Below, piece by piece: positions 46,238-59,846 of a DNA stretch of 64,000 bases (positions are counted from its first letter, which is position 1; every line of letters begins with the position of its first letter). The notes under the pieces were generated by a model. It was not told the DNA's origin. It searched no databases and saw only the letters and a program-made list of their open reading frames with translations. The DNA is from Babesia bigemina (Eukaryota), in the NCBI RefSeq assembly GCF_000981445.1, contig NC_027216.1:1984001-2048000 (forward strand). Direction: 5' to 3'. Position numbers and translations under genes: made by a program.

Positions 46238-49150
46238 TTATTCTTTGCGCTTGGGCATCTTCTTCGAGCCCTGAAGCGCAGGATTGTCGTTCGTGTAGTA
46301 ATGTGGAGCAAGCTGAGTGAGCCACTCAGGGCGTATCTGTGACACCTGACGCATGTACTGCCTGGTAGTCATCACCAAATCTGTGTAGACGACACACTTT
46401 GGTTCCTGGTCAAACAACGCAGACTGTGGGTGAATGTCTACGTTCTGCGGATGTTTTAACGTGCGATATGCTCCGCTTCCTTTTGGCCCACCCCTCACAG
46501 CGGCTTGCGTGAACAGCCCCGACGTAACTGACATGAGGATCGCATCAGTATCTGTGACGTTAGATATAACCTCGACCTCCACGCGCTTCATTAGCTCCAC
46601 CAACTGCTCACGGATGTCTCGAGCACGTCTGAGTGACTTGTGTTGTACGTAATTTTCGTAACACCAGGCTACGCTGAACTCGGCCTCCTCCCACTGGTTG
46701 TAGACGTTCAAGAGGACAAGGTGGTCTCCTCCAGTGCGGAAGAAGTTCTTCCTTGCATTGTCCGCATGCAATTGCTTGTCCTTTGGGCGGTAGAAAATGT
46801 TGTTGCCGACGCCCAGCATCGCACATATGGTGATAAGCTCATGTGTACACTTGTATTTTTCCGCCGATAGTAGCATCTTGCTGTAGGTTGGGTCCATCGG
46901 CAGTTCAGCCATGCGCCTCCCCATTCTAGTCAGTTCTCCCTTGTCGTTTAATGCGCCAAGTGCATAAATAAGCTCTAGCGCCTTGATAAGCGTTTCAGGG
47001 GCGGGCGGGTCCATGAAGTCGAAGTTTATTAAGTCATCGATACCGAGAGCTTTGAGACTTAGCACGACATGCGCAAGGTTGGTCCTCTGGATCTCGGGAT
47101 CGTTGACATCGTCCATTTCCTTTTCATACGAAAACTTGGTGTACAACCTGAAGCAGTGCCCTGGCCGCACACGACCAGCGCGGCCGCTGCGCTGGTTGGC
47201 TGACGCTTTGGAGCACGGCACAGTCACTAGCGACTCCATGCCAGTTTTAGGGCTGAAACTGTTGAGCTTGCAGAAGCCACAGTCGATGACGTAGACGATC
47301 TCGTTTAATGTGATCGAAGTCTCTGCGATGTTAGTGGCGAGAATGGCCTTCCTTGCGTTGGGTGGCGTGGGCTCGAATATCTTGGCTTGCATGTCGCTTG
47401 GAAGCGTGGCGTAGACCGGCAACACGATAAGCTCGCGCATGTCCTTTCCCCTATTACGAAGCCGGTTTTGCAGCTCCTCCTGTACCTCCTCGATCTCTTG
47501 CTGCCCCGGCAGGAACACAAGGATATCTCCCAGTGGCTGCGTCACGTGAATCTGCAGGACCGTGATCACAGACGCGTCCAGGAAGTTAGCCTCAGGCGCC
47601 TTGGTATAGTATATCTGTACAGGGTAGCGCCGTCCCGGGATTCGGAAGATCGGTGCGTGGTCGAAGTACAGCGCAAACTTCTCCGCCTCCAGGGTAGCCG
47701 ATGCCACGATGAGCCTGAAGTCGTTTCTGTACCGGCACAGGTCCTTTACCAGACCGAATATTACGTCAGTGTGCACTGTGCGTTCATGCGCCTCGTCAAT
47801 CATCACCACCGAGTAGCTGGCAAGGTCCGGCTCAGTCATCATTTCACGCAGTAGCATACCATCGGTCATGTACTTGATCACTGTGTTGCTGCTCGTGCAG
47901 TCCTCGAACCTGATGGTATAGCCGACTTCCTGGCCAAGCTTGCATCCCACCTCCTGCGAAACCCTTGAAGCGACGGCCATGGCGGCCACACGTCTGGGCT
48001 GCGTACAACCGATTTTTCCGGCCTTTCCATACCCAACCTCGTATAAGTATTGTGGAATCTGCGTCGTCTTACCGCTACCGGTATCTCCCACGACTACAAG
48101 AATGGGGTGGTTACGTATCGCTGACAGCAGCTCGTGCCGGTAACTGTAAATCGGCAACCTGCATCGCTCCTCCATGAGCTTACGATGCTCCTGACGTTGT
48201 CTGCGCCGCTGCTTTGCCAACACGCGATCTGCAAACGTTTTCCGTTTTTTCGTGGCCGCGGTGGAATCTGAAGTCTCCCCGTCAGAGTCAGAGGGAGACT
48301 CCTCTTCGCTAGATTCTTGTGCGTCCTCAAACACCGCAGCCACCGCATTCACACCCACGGCTTTCGCGTCGAATTCTGTGGGCAGTTCGCCGGAGTGGCA
48401 CTCGCTGGTGACAAAGTCGATCGTCCCATCGAGCCCTATCAAGCCTGGTATCCCCGTTGGTGGCTGCATTTGCCCAGTTCCCGGCATACTCGCACTTGTG
48501 TGGCCACGACTTGCCGATCCCCTTGAAATTCCACCCAGCTTCATCTGCTGTGTTTCCCAACTCTGACCATCGTCCACTACAGCATCCATCTGCTTATACG
48601 TTTGCTTTCGCTTCAGCACCTCGAGACGCTGACTGGTGTCCTCATCGTACGAGTCCGGCATCACGTAGCCGCTGATATCGGCGGCACGGGACGCGATTGT
48701 AGTTTTGGCAAACTCCACAGTACTCTTCTCGAACTCGAGCGTCTTTCGTGCTGTGTCATCTTTCACCCCCTTGTAAAGGATCTCCTTTTCGCCCAGCGCC
48801 CGTTCTGCGAGCTCGAGACGGTCCACTTCACGGTTAACCAGGTATTGACGCCGCGCCTCGATGCGCATGCGCTCCATGTAGTCCTTGTCATGTCGCATGT
48901 CTATATTTCTGCCTTTGGTGGCCTCAAAGGCAATTTCGGCTCGACGCAGCACCTCCAGCTCATCGTCGCGGAGTCCACTGTTGCCGCTTGCCCCATCCAA
49001 AGGCTCTGAGGAGCCATTTGAACCGCCATTGGGCACTGGAGATGTGCCGGGTGCCCCCACGGGCTCATCCCTGTCGTCTCGTCCAGCACCGCCGCTCATT
49101 TTGGGGGGTGTTTTCACGTTGAAATACAGACTCGACAGCGATTTATACAC
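46238..49150 (-). CDS. DHX16: Pre-mRNA splicing DEAH helicase Prp2/DHX16 (first ATG in this exon at 49099; small upstream exons possible)
   Basis: [32 protein letters not shown], plus Prp2-type [16 protein letters not shown] and [19 protein letters not shown]. Confidence 0.92.
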   Translation of the reverse strand: MYKSLSSLYFNVKTPPKMSGGAGRDDRDEPVGAPGTSPVPNGGSNGSSEPLDGASGNSGLRDDELEVLRRAEIAFEATKGRNIDMRHDKDYMERMRIEARRQYLVNREVDRLELAERALGEKEILYKGVKDDTARKTLEFEKSTVEFAKTTIASRAADISGYVMPDSYDEDTSQRLEVLKRKQTYKQMDAVVDDGQSWETQQMKLGGISRGSASRGHTSASMPGTGQMQPPTGIPGLIGLDGTIDFVTSECHSGELPTEFDAKAVGVNAVAAVFEDAQESSEEESPSDSDGETSDSTAATKKRKTFADRVLAKQRRRQRQEHRKLMEERCRLPIYSYRHELLSAIRNHPILVVVGDTGSGKTTQIPQYLYEVGYGKAGKIGCTQPRRVAAMAVASRVSQEVGCKLGQEVGYTIRFEDCTSSNTVIKYMTDGMLLREMMTEPDLASYSVVMIDEAHERTVHTDVIFGLVKDLCRYRNDFRLIVASATLEAEKFALYFDHAPIFRIPGRRYPVQIYYTKAPEANFLDASVITVLQIHVTQPLGDILVFLPGQQEIEEVQEELQNRLRNRGKDMRELIVLPVYATLPSDMQAKIFEPTPPNARKAILATNIAETSITLNEIVYVIDCGFCKLNSFSPKTGMESLVTVPCSKASANQRSGRAGRVRPGHCFRLYTKFSYEKEMDDVNDPEIQRTNLAHVVLSLKALGIDDLINFDFMDPPAPETLIKALELIYALGALNDKGELTRMGRRMAELPMDPTYSKMLLSAEKYKCTHELITICAMLGVGNNIFYRPKDKQLHADNARKNFFRTGGDHLVLLNVYNQWEEAEFSVAWCYENYVQHKSLRRARDIREQLVELMKRVEVEVISNVTDTDAILMSVTSGLFTQAAVRGGPKGSGAYRTLKHPQNVDIHPQSALFDQEPKCVVYTDLVMTTRQYMRQVSQIRPEWLTQLAPHYYTNDNPALQGSKKMPKRKE

Positions 49151-49934
49151 AATTCTGAACCAATTGGTACACCTATGTCGAAGTAGATGATGTGCATGAC
49201 CTAAGCAAGGCGCATAGCTCGCATCATTTGAAAATCCTCCATGCGATGATAAGGCGACTTACCCAGTGATCACCCTGCGATGAAACCCAAATGACCTAAA
49301 TAAAGCTGCGCACCCTTATTTACGCAATTCTGCACAACGCAGCTTTAACAACTAACGGCATTTGCTCTTTAGGCGACTCTGCTCGAATCTGCATCCCGGC
49401 AGCTTTTGACCCATGAACGCCTTCCGCAATGTCAAAAACAAGATTCCACCTATAAATTACAAATGGTACAATGCAATACGCCTGTGGATGGTGCGCTGTA
49501 TTGCAAAACTCTCCACGAATCCGTTAGTAAACGTGTAGTTGATGGGCTGGATTAACTTTCTTGAGATTCTGTACGCCTAGACAGTTTTCGTCCGGCATAA
49601 CTACACTGGAGATTTAGATGGTAATCAGCAAACGCGGGCGAGTGCCTTTGAGACTCACAAAGAATCGATGCGCTCCGGCTCACACATCCTTCTAGCGCGC
49701 GACCATACGGCGGGCGTAGAAGTGTGCTTTCAACTGGATTCCTCGTTTCAAGGTGCATGTATTGACTCAATACAGCATCTTATGGCGCGCTTACCGTCTG
49801 GCACATCGCAGTGAGATTGTACTTGTGACTCGGCCGACTTGCGGTGTCAACCGGCAACTGTCTCCACGAAGGCAGGCCGAATCGAACAATCCACTTTAAG
49901 CAACAAGGTTCTGAAGTTTTGGCGGCAGACGAAG

Positions 49935-50821
49935 ATGTCTTACATGTTGCAGCACCTCAGGTCCGGATGGGCGGTGGTAGGTTTTTTTCGTTCCTAGGCA
50001 GTCAACGCGTACAGGATCAAGCTATCATGACCGAGGAGGAGCGTTTGGTGGTAGGTGCGGTGTGTGGAGGTTACAGTTTCCAGTGCATCAGGTTCGGTCA
50101 TGACTACAACTATGCGTGCATAAAAATGGACGAGTTGCTTTACAAGGTTGCGGACGACGTAAAGAACTTCTGCGCCATATACCTGGTACGTATCGTCGGC
50201 ATGCCTTACCACAGCACAATGTCACGGGGTTGCACGTATATTGTGAATATATGCGCAGTTAAGCTCGTTGCCTTAACGCGTTTGCAGGTTGACATCACCG
50301 AGGTACCGGATTTCAACGGTATGTACGAGCTCTATGACCCCGTATCAGTCATGTTCTTTTACCGGTAAGCAGCATTTCTGGGCCGCCCACGTGAGGCAGA
50401 AACAAACACATGATGATCGACCTTGGCACCGGTAACAACAACAAGATCAACTGGGCCATGAACGACAAACAAGAGCTGATAGACATAATCGAAACCATCT
50501 ATCGCGGAGCTCGTAAGGGTAAGCTGTTTTTGGTATTGCTGTGTGGAGTGATTACGTTGCTAATTCCTGTAACCTGCCGTGCCTGCGGCTGCCAATAAAG
50601 CGGCAAGCGCTTCCCCGGACCCGGAGAATCCAGATACGCTACCGCGTGCACTAGAATGTGTTGTGTCTGGAGAATCCGAATGTATGCGCATTGACGGCTG
50701 CCATATATAGGTTACACCATTGGAGTGAACGTTGCTCTGACCTTCCACATCAGCTTACACACGCGCAGGGAGGGGTCTGGTCATCTCCCCTAAGGATTAT
50801 TCGACCAAGTACAGGTACTGA
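49935..50821 (+). CDS. TXNL4A: U5 snRNP thioredoxin-like protein Dim1/TXNL4A (6 exons)
   Basis: Spliced MSYMLQHLRSGWAVDQAI..EEERLVCIRFGHD...VDITEVPDFNGMYELYDP...NKHMMIDLGTGNNNKINWA...YRGARKGRGLVISPKDYSTKYRY*. Confidence 0.95.
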
Positions 50822-51053
50822 ACGCGCCTCGTTAAAGGGGTTGCACCCCCAAGTTTGGGTTTGGTGGCGCGGCATTGATTGTTGCAGCGCCCCCTTTCCA
50901 CCATCTTAGGCGGGAGCGACCTGGCGGCCGTTAACCAGTGCTGAAACTGTCGCAAAGGTTTTGTAGCCGTCGCCAATTTGCGACAGTTGCGCAGATTCGC
51001 CTCAGGGGTTGTAGGACAACCCCGATGGTACGCTATCCCACCGCTTGCGGACG

Positions 51054-51860
51054 ATGGCCACGCGTGAGGAGCTCCGCACCGGCGTGAAGATCGCCAAGGG
51101 CAATCCCAAGCCAGCCGAGGATTTCGAGCCTAAATCTAGGTCGGTATGGGACAAGATAGGGAAGCTCGAGGACCGGGGCCTGTGTATGGAGTGCGAGCGG
51201 CGCCGGTGGAAGACCAGCAACATACAGGTGTGCCTCGACTGCGCCAAGAGCCTGAAGTCGCTGACGTGTTGCCACTGCAAGATATCGTACGTGAACCACA
51301 AGTTCTGCGCGAAGGCGTCGAAGATTTACAAGCGTGAGCTGTGCCTGTCTTGCGCGTCTAACTGGGCCACGCACAACTGCGACCCGAAGCTGTGCAGGCT
51401 CTGCAACCAGTGGTCTGCCTGGCGCTCCACGTCCGAGTGCGACCGTTGCCACGACCTGCTGCTGAAGTACGGCGAGCCTTCGAAATGCGAGTCTTGCAAC
51501 AACAACGCGGCGTTCGACCGCGGTGAGTCCGCGCGGCAGCGGGTGAACGACCTGCGGCTGTGCTTCCTCTGCACGTGCAACTACAAGAAGAATGACTACT
51601 ACAATCGCAAGTTGTTGATGCATATGGGGCAGGATGCAGGATCGGGCAAGAAAGTACAGCGCACCTCGAGCGCTCAGGAGGACTCGCCGACCAACCCGGA
51701 TTTGGCAAAGACCAAAGCCGAAGGTGCGGAGGCTTCGGCTGAGACCGCCGCACAGCGCGAGGTGGCGGACCTGAAGGAGTGCATCAAGAACCTGAAGCGG
51801 AAGTACGCGGAGCTGCAGGAGGAGAACATCAGGCTGAAGAAGCGCCTCAGGGAGCAGTGA
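51054..51860 (+). CDS. FAM76-family Cys-rich protein with a C-terminal coiled coil
   Basis: CDRC....KYGEP..CESC...AAFDR....R..V....LCFLCT..YKK matches the FAM76 pattern. Confidence 0.75.
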   Translation: MATREELRTGVKIAKGNPKPAEDFEPKSRSVWDKIGKLEDRGLCMECERRRWKTSNIQVCLDCAKSLKSLTCCHCKISYVNHKFCAKASKIYKRELCLSCASNWATHNCDPKLCRLCNQWSAWRSTSECDRCHDLLLKYGEPSKCESCNNNAAFDRGESARQRVNDLRLCFLCTCNYKKNDYYNRKLLMHMGQDAGSGKKVQRTSSAQEDSPTNPDLAKTKAEGAEASAETAAQREVADLKECIKNLKRKYAELQEENIRLKKRLREQ

Positions 51861-51907
51861 ATGCAACACCCACGCACGTTAGCAACACCCCGAGGCCCTC
51901 AACACAG

Positions 51908-51949
51908 GGCACGTGCTTGGAACGCTCATAGCAGTTCCAAGCACGTGCC
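51908..51949. other. Perfect 16-bp inverted repeat (hairpin) between convergent genes
   Basis: GGCACGTGCTTGGAAC-10 nt-GTTCCAAGCACGTGCC. Confidence 0.8.
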
Positions 51950-52177
51950 TCACCGCCCGTATGAGTTGACAACTAAACATTAAAATAAAGCAGTTTATCT
52001 CCCGACCGGCCTCGTTGCGTTCTGCTGCGTTCGGCAGCCTTATATGTCCAGCGGCCCGTCACACACCGTTAGAGCTGCGTTCATGTTGTTTGGCGCGCTG
52101 GTCAGCCGTGACAAGCACCGTGTAGGTGCAATCTGCACAGCATTGCAGATGGCGTGGCAACAATACCGACCCAGCGG

Positions 52178-54706
52178 TCACTGGCTTTCTTCGGTTCCCT
52201 CGTCGCTTCCCACGAAAGACGCCTCCTCATCGCTGTGCACGTCGTTGCTTGCGAAGTAGGACACTTGTTTGGCCTCCAGCGCGATTCGAAGACGATCCGC
52301 TATCCGGTTCTTGGCCGACTCCACGTCGTCGGACCGTATGTCCAGGCACGTCGGCCTGAACACGTCGAACACGAATGTGGTGTCGTCATGCGCGATTGAG
52401 CTGAAGACCAGCGGCCATATGTCCGGGAAGTTTCCGCTGACCTCGGGACTGTAGCCATAGGCCAGGGTTTCTTCCGCATCTGGGTTTCGAACGAATACCA
52501 GCACGCGGCAGAACCCCTCGTCCGAGTTTCCGCGTGAGTGCAAGCTGGATATCATGAAACCTAGGAAGCGCAGCTCGTCAATGTGCTCCACGGCGTGCTT
52601 CGGGAAGAGCGTGGCGAAGAGCACCTTGTGCGTACCGAATACACGCGACTTGATTTTGCACGCCGATATGGCGTCGTAGGTGTCCACCACCAGCTGGTAC
52701 GTTTTCTGCTTCAGCTGGGTCATGATGACCTTGTCGTAAAAGGACTCCTGCGACATGCGGTCGGTGAGCGTATTGTACATGAAGTCGGAGGCTATGAGGG
52801 GCGCGGTTCCCACGGTAGACTCGTTGTCCTTGTTCGTCCAGCCAACGAGAATTGCGATTAGAATGTATATCATGTCAACGCACGGCATGGCGCAGCTGCG
52901 CCTAAGCCACAGGAGCTGCGTCATATCCACCCGCTTTATCCGCCCGTTTAGCTGTCGGAGCACCTGAGACTGCCGTTTGGGGTCTAGGTTGCAAAATTCT
53001 GACGTGAATTCATCCGTCATGAGGTCGCAGTGTATCCGAAATTCAGCGAGGGTATCCCTTTTGCGCTGCGGGTCGTACATGAACATGTACGGGCTTATTT
53101 TGAGCGCTTCCTCGAGCGACCTGCGATCGATTTATACCGAAACACGCATATTCGAAGCACAGTGTCAAAGCAGTTATCTAATCCCCAATACACGCAGAAC
53201 TCGAAAACGCAGTATTCGCAAACCTTGCAGCATGAAACGCAGGCTGCGCACAGCACGCTGCTCAAAACACTCATCGCCACAACAGCCACTTTTACGGCAT
53301 AACCGAGACCACACTGTAGATGTTTGACGTCACTTACGTGAATGATATGAGGGGGAAAGGTGTGCGTTCCGAGTCGTACTGCACATACGGCCCACCGTCA
53401 AGCATCGAAATCTCCTGGAATAGCCGGGTGATTTGCGTGTTCACGTTTGTGTCCAAGGAACAGGAATGCTCCATGCGGCTGATGGTAGCGACAGCCGATG
53501 CGTACATGATCGCCGCTCTGCTGGACTCATGGGTGGTCTTGGTGATTGATGCGATAAGGGAGGCTACCGAGGTCGACATGTATATACCACCCACTAGCTC
53601 CCGCTCTTGCTGCGGCAGTGTGAATTATGCAAATGGCACCGTACGTACGATTGACTGCTCCAGCGCCACTTCCTCCTCATTCCCGACGAAAAAATACCAG
53701 TCGGCGTCCTGCAAGCCCTCAGTAGCGGCGACCGGTCAACTTACGAATGAGACGTTGAAAAACGTGAGCGGCCTCGAAGCCGGCACAATGCATATCTTGA
53801 GCTCCGATCTTCGAGACTCCGGAAGTTTCTGGGAGAAGTGGACCTTGATGGCGTAGAGAAGCTCCGGGTCCCAGCCATGTACCCCTAGCAGTACGACCCG
53901 CAAGTAAGCCTCATGCTGCAAACAGTTCAGTTGGTCGGACTGTGCCAACAGCATACAGCATGCAAGACTCGTCTAATAAAACCCGATCCAAACACGCATG
54001 AAGCTACACGGTCTCACGGAATACACTGAAGGCATCGTGCCATAGACAACGCTTTGTACAGTTAGGATCACTACACCTTGACATTTACGCACAAATGCAG
54101 CGTGATACACATACAATCACGCTGCTACACACTTGTCAGTTGACCGGTGGGGAACACACGAGAGGACATGCAGTCACACACAGCATTAGACATCAGCGAC
54201 AAATACACAGCAACGATGCCACCAAAATAGCCACTCACACGTCTACGGCACCGGCTATCGACTATTTGCAACTATGTCTGCGTAATGAACTGATATGCAA
54301 CCTAATAGCGGCATGCATCAACAAAGGGTTAAGTACACCAAATCGTCGCATATCGTCCAAACACCAACCTGTACATCCGGGTACGTTGTGATGATGCTGA
54401 GGTTCTTCTTTATGTAGCTGTATATGTCCGCTTCGCAGTGCACTGGGTAGCTCGTCAGCTTCAGGCCGTGGCTAAGCCGCTTGTGATGCTGAAGGCTGTT
54501 TAATGCGAAACGGTCACACCTACCTCCAGTATGAACAGCGCACAGACGCCGTCCACGTCGCCCTGGTAGAAGACGAATACACCCAGGTCTTCGTCGTCAT
54601 CTGCGTCGGCGGCGAAGGGCGCGTCTGATTCCTCGTACGCATCTGAGGCGTTAGCCCCTATATCTAGCACCTCCTTTTCGAACTCATCGATGGTGCAAAG
54701 CGGCAT
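52178..54706 (-). CDS. CDC45: CDC45-like DNA replication initiation factor (multi-exon)
   Basis: N-terminal VFVFYQGDVDGVCALFIL...YPV motif typical of the Cdc45 DHH-like domain. Later exons are consistent (STSVASLI...IMYASAVA; CVDMIYILIAIL). Confidence 0.55.
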
Positions 54707-54894
54707 TGGTAAAACCGTGTGGAAGGTCGGTGCCCACGGTGAGCAACGCCCGGCCACACATCACCAACCAGACAGGGCGGCACGGCTCCACCTGCTGTGC
54801 CAGGCACGAGCCATGTAGACGTTAAAACTTTAAAGCAATTTACTTAAGGTGTGTTTTTGATCTTTCTGGGCATTTTGCCGTCGCCGTGGAACCT

Positions 54895-56801
54895 TCATAT
54901 GCGGGACCTCGCGCGCTTGGTGGTAGAGGCCATGTTGTACTCCTCTTCGCCACCATCCACGTTCATGTAGACCTCAGTGTCGCTGGTGACATCAATAAGG
55001 TCCTCACGTCGCAGTTTGCACCACTCTTCGAAGTCGCTGTTGAGGTTCGCGTTGCAGCGCACACTCACCGTCGCAACTGATGGGTCGTACAGGTGCGAGA
55101 AACGGTCGCGAGAATCGACGGGGAGAAGCTCCAGGAGCTACAAAGCATTAGAGGGTTGACAGAGCGCACGATATCGAGCAACATACACGCTAGACACGTG
55201 GATTTATACACGCATTCAGGGAGTTTACACGGCGGAGAACACCCGGGCCAAAGCGGATGAACATTACACGTTGCAAAGTTGTGCATTAACTAACACCACG
55301 GGTCACACAAATTAGTAGAATCCCCTCCATGCAACGCAAAGGTGGGAAGGCTGACACAAAGTTTACAGTGACACGCAAATAAAGACTACGCAGCCGCCCG
55401 CATCGGCTGAGTGTGGCGACTGCGTTGGCAAGTGCCGCTTATCGCCACCAGCTGTGTAAACAGCGTCTTAGTCATCACCAAAGATGAACACGGCACGAGA
55501 CATGCAAGCATACCCACCTCCTCTAGCAGTGGCCGGTCCAGCCCTTCAGTGATCAAGTCACGCCAGCCATCACGGGGGTGAAGCCCCAGCATCTCACGTT
55601 CAGAACGTTTGGGCAGCATGAGGCACATGTAGCTTTCCGTGCAGCCCACCAAGCGATCCAGCCAAGCCTGCGCGTCGACGCTCTTCTTCATTTTCTCGGT
55701 GTAGCAGTTGCAAGCAACGCTGCGCACAGAGCACTCCGATCCCACCGAAGCCAGCACCCCGTCGTCGACGATGCCCGAAAACTCGGGAAGCAACAGGTGT
55801 CCCGCCTCGTCCATGTGGCACTCACCGTACTCCAACTCCACGGGGTGTTCCTCGAACGTGGAGGGCTCGTAGTGACGTGGTAGCGACATTTTCTTTATGC
55901 TCGCGAGCAGCAGCCAGCACTGCCGCGGGAACATGTCCAGGTCGTTGTGCATCGCGTATGCGAACTTGTGGTATGCCGACGGGCCGTTCTCCGTCATAAC
56001 CGAGGGGACGTTGAACATTTCCAACATGAGGCGGGGGAGGAAAGCTTGAAGCAGTATCCTAGAGCTGTGCTTTGACAGATGGGGGTGTAGCCATATGCAT
56101 CGTATGCACCTTTCATTCGTCATAAGGCACTCGACGATGGCCCCTGCGATTATTTTGCTCTTGAATACCGGGGTGCTGGCAGAGCTGCCGGCTCCAGCTG
56201 ATTCCGGAGCGCCCTGTGCCTCCGCGGGTGCCGCAGTGTTTTCCGCCGCATCGGCACGCCCGCCTTGTGGTCCTTCGCCCTGGCCGGCCGGGTCGCGTTC
56301 CTGAGCCTTTTGCGTTCCATAGGAGGGGTTGGGCACATCAAAGAAGCTCTCCGTGTTCAAAGTGACCAATAAGCCCGAGAACTCGGGGTCAACGATGTCG
56401 GCATTGGTGGTGTCCAGCTGCTTAATGATCTCTTTGGTGAGTGGCCGAAGGTCAAAAGGAATATTTTTGTTGCGCGGGTTATCCGAGACGTTCCACAAAG
56501 TTTCTACAGCTGCTTAGCACTGAACACAGGGCGACCAACCTATGTACGACCAGTTCCTCAGAATTCGCGTTTTCAAAAAGTGCTGATGACGGTAGATGGT
56601 GGAGTACGGTTCGTGTTCGACGCCCGTGTCCAGCACCTCGTCTAGTGACGAGGCCCACGAAGGCAGCGGCACTGGCAGAATGTACTTCTTCAAGCGCAGA
56701 TTGTGCCTCCTGAAAAATTCCTCGGTTTCGTCGAACAGAAGCTTTTTCTGATGGTCCGCAAAGGCCTTGAAATCAACGGTAGGCGAAGGCTCAGTCGACA
56801 T
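54895..56801 (-). CDS. Multi-exon hypothetical protein
   Basis: Exons from ORFs 56514-56927 and 55386-56498, plus a terminal exon ...DFEEWCKLRREDLIDV...KRARSRI*; GC3-rich codon bias. Confidence 0.65.
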
Positions 56802-57791
56802 TTTCAACCATCGGCTGCAGTTTACAGTCAGGTCATGTCTTGCCGTTGGAAGTCGAATCGCGCCACATGGCACTGCATGAACTTCTTGTGGCGTGTAACG
56901 CGGCAAAAATTGGATGTCCCGAATCAACGATCCCTTAAGCCGATGGCGCGCTACTAAACGCAGCCTGAATCCCAGACACGTGCCAAGCGCAACGTCAGGC
57001 GCGCTGTGCCATATGGCAACCCTCCCCGCGAGGCAGCGGAATCTACCGCTTGGCTTCGGATCACTGTGCTCTCACGCCGTCATATGGAATAGCGCCCGCG
57101 GCGACGCGCGAGCTGTTCGGTCAGTCGTGGCACTTAAGCAGACCACGCCTGAATAGCGCGGCAATAGCAAATGAGCTAACTATTGGAATATTGCGAGAGC
57201 CGACCCATGCCAGACAACCACCCATAGACAGAATACAACAGGGCCCCCAAATCCGCCTCGCTGGTGTTCTTACTTGCAGTTGTGTTAGTATTTTTGGCGC
57301 ACACGCAATGCCGGTATGCTTGCAAGCGAATGCCCCAAATGCGGCTTCGCGAGCTGCCTACGACGCGTACACACCGGTGTTGTCGTGAGGCCTGAGCGCT
57401 CGGTTTGGCGCATAACTGAAACGAAACACACAGATGAGACGACCCAAGCGTCGCACTGGCGTTGCTATTTTACACACATTTGGCACTCGTGTCTAGGCGC
57501 CGTTCCCTGCGCATTGTCTAGAACACGCACACGCACGGGCAATGTGTGCGTTTTTTCGGTGGTTCGAGTGATGTGTTTGTAGAAATGCTCATGTGAGTTG
57601 AATTGCGCTTCGGTTGCCGCTTAATGGGAGCGTGAAATCGGCGTCACCAGGACTACATGTACGGTCGGCGTTACTGTCTGTCTGTCACGCCGCGGTGGGT
57701 TAAAGTGCCCAAATACTAGTGCCGCATCGGCATCGTGAGCGTCTACATCTTTGTATGTCGGCAGAACGTATCGTGCGACGGCAGCCAAGCG

Positions 57792-59348
57792 ATGGCTGCG
57801 GGCGAAGAGAGGGAAACGAGGTTTGCTTCCCGGAGCAGAATCAGCACGCGGTTAAGCAACTCCGCTAACAGCGTCCGCGTCGGCGATTCGAGCTTCAACT
57901 CCCAGGACTACTCCACGAGCCAGTCTTTCGATGCCGAGGAGACCGTACGTGAGATCCTCTTCCGCCGCCGCAACACGAGCGAGCAGGAAGCGGGGCTGTC
58001 ACGCTTCCGTCGCGACCGATCGCAAAAGGCGATGCATAATTCGCGGCGGCTGGGTCTTATAATGTTGGTTCTGGGCCTAATAAATGGCGGCTTGTTTGCA
58101 CTGCTCCAGGCAAGACGGAAGGCATACGCAGAGTGCACTGTTGTGGTTCCTGACCGGCTTCAGAGGGGCTACGAAAAGTGGGTGCATCCAATAACGGAGC
58201 AAAATTGCTCGGGCGACACAAGTAGATTCGAAAAAGCGAATAAGATTTACATCTACTACTCCATCAACAATTACCCATTCCACGGCGCTGCTGCTTTCAA
58301 GCTGCACTCAAAGAATCAGCTGGAGGGGATGGAGCCTACTAAGAACGACATTCATTCTTGCTATCCATATCACGTGGTGTCAATAGCAGGTGAGCATTGC
58401 AGCTGCAAAATGCCCATTGTCGTTCAGGCGTGGAAAAAATCATATACCCCTGCGGACCACACCTATGGCACTTTTACAGTGACATTTTCAAGTTCTCGAC
58501 CGAGAACCCCGATGATTCAACCGTCTTTTTGCCCATTGACGACTCGCTGGCGACCCTGTCGTACTGCCAGGACTATACCCATATGCGGAATCCGCCAGAT
58601 AAAAGCATCAACGAGACATTGTAAGTTCGTGCGTCGATAATTGCCCTCCTGTACATGGAACAACGGCTTTGGGTCCAAAGCAATTGCGCCTTTCGTGTAT
58701 CGTGTTTTTGACTGGTTGCATACAGCGTGCCACACGATGTCGTGGCAACCCTCCATTTCGTTTGTTCGCCTTTTGTTATCATCAACGGTCAATGTTCATT
58801 ACATCCTGTGTATGAGTCATTGTTTCAACATGACGCCATGTAGCTTCCGTTCGAATCATACCGACCGCCATTCATAACGCTGCAGCAAAACAACGTACTA
58901 CTGGCTACAGGAAAATTCTATAGCCGTTAATTCGGATGAAAATTCGGAATCTGGCGAGAATGTGGACACCGGCTTTGTCACCAGAAAGTCGGCGCAAAAT
59001 ATCAGCGCCATTCGCACCCTCATGAACGCCAGGGCAGGAAGGGGCTTGCAAAATGGCCACATCATACAGTGGATGACGCCATCGCCGTTCAAAACGTTCA
59101 AGAAGTTGTACGGGGTGCTGCAAGGGCCTATCGCATTCCCGCTTTATGTTACCATGCACGTGACGTACGACGCCGAGAGTTTTGGTGGGTGGAAGTCCTT
59201 GTCATTAGTGGCCTCCGGCTGGCCTTACGGCAAACTCGTGCCAGTACAAAGCTTGCTCGGCCTTATTGCCGCCATGTGCTGCGCCTTTGCGTTACTGCTA
59301 CTGCTAACTAAGCCGGGCGACCCGCAGCGATGTGTAAACCTTCTATGA
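57792..59348 (+). CDS. LEM3/CDC50 family flippase beta subunit (multi-exon)
   Basis: Two TMs; IYIYYSINNY, IYPCG, QWMTPSPFKTFKKLYG and Y....FGGWK motifs. Confidence 0.85.
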
Positions 59349-59846
59349 GCTTCTCCCGGCCCTAAGCTGTTACACACTGTAAAGCAGACACTACATTTAA
59401 GCATTGTTGCCGTGGACAACACAGTATGTTGAGGTGTAATATGTTTTTTGCGTAGCACTCATATGCACCCACCGACGTCGGCGACATGTATGCACCTATG
59501 GATTCTGTCGAAGGTGCTGCCTGATGTCGTCTCTACCGTGCCCGGATTGCTAACACTAAGCGCATTAGGGCGATATATTAGTAACGGTTTGGGTAAACGG
59601 CGCCGAAAGTGCACTGTTTGCCATCGCCGTTACCGCCAAGTGCGACGGTTGCTGCGCGCCGGCGTATGTGTAAGGAGAAAACGTGACAAAAAGGACGTCA
59701 AAGAAGCCAAAATATCTACTTATTAGTAGAAAAATAGAATGTGTTAAAAATTCGCCTTTCATAACTGTCACGTCCGTCCATACGTACGATGTTATGAATT
59801 AGTTTAACATGAATTCTCACGTGTAATGTAGTTATTAAATATAAAA

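Noticed and set aside
56040..56160. Possible GNAT-like fold in the 54895-56801 protein (IIAGAIVE...CIRCIWLHP)
   Set aside because: No recognisable acetyl-CoA-binding motif; too weak to call without a profile search.
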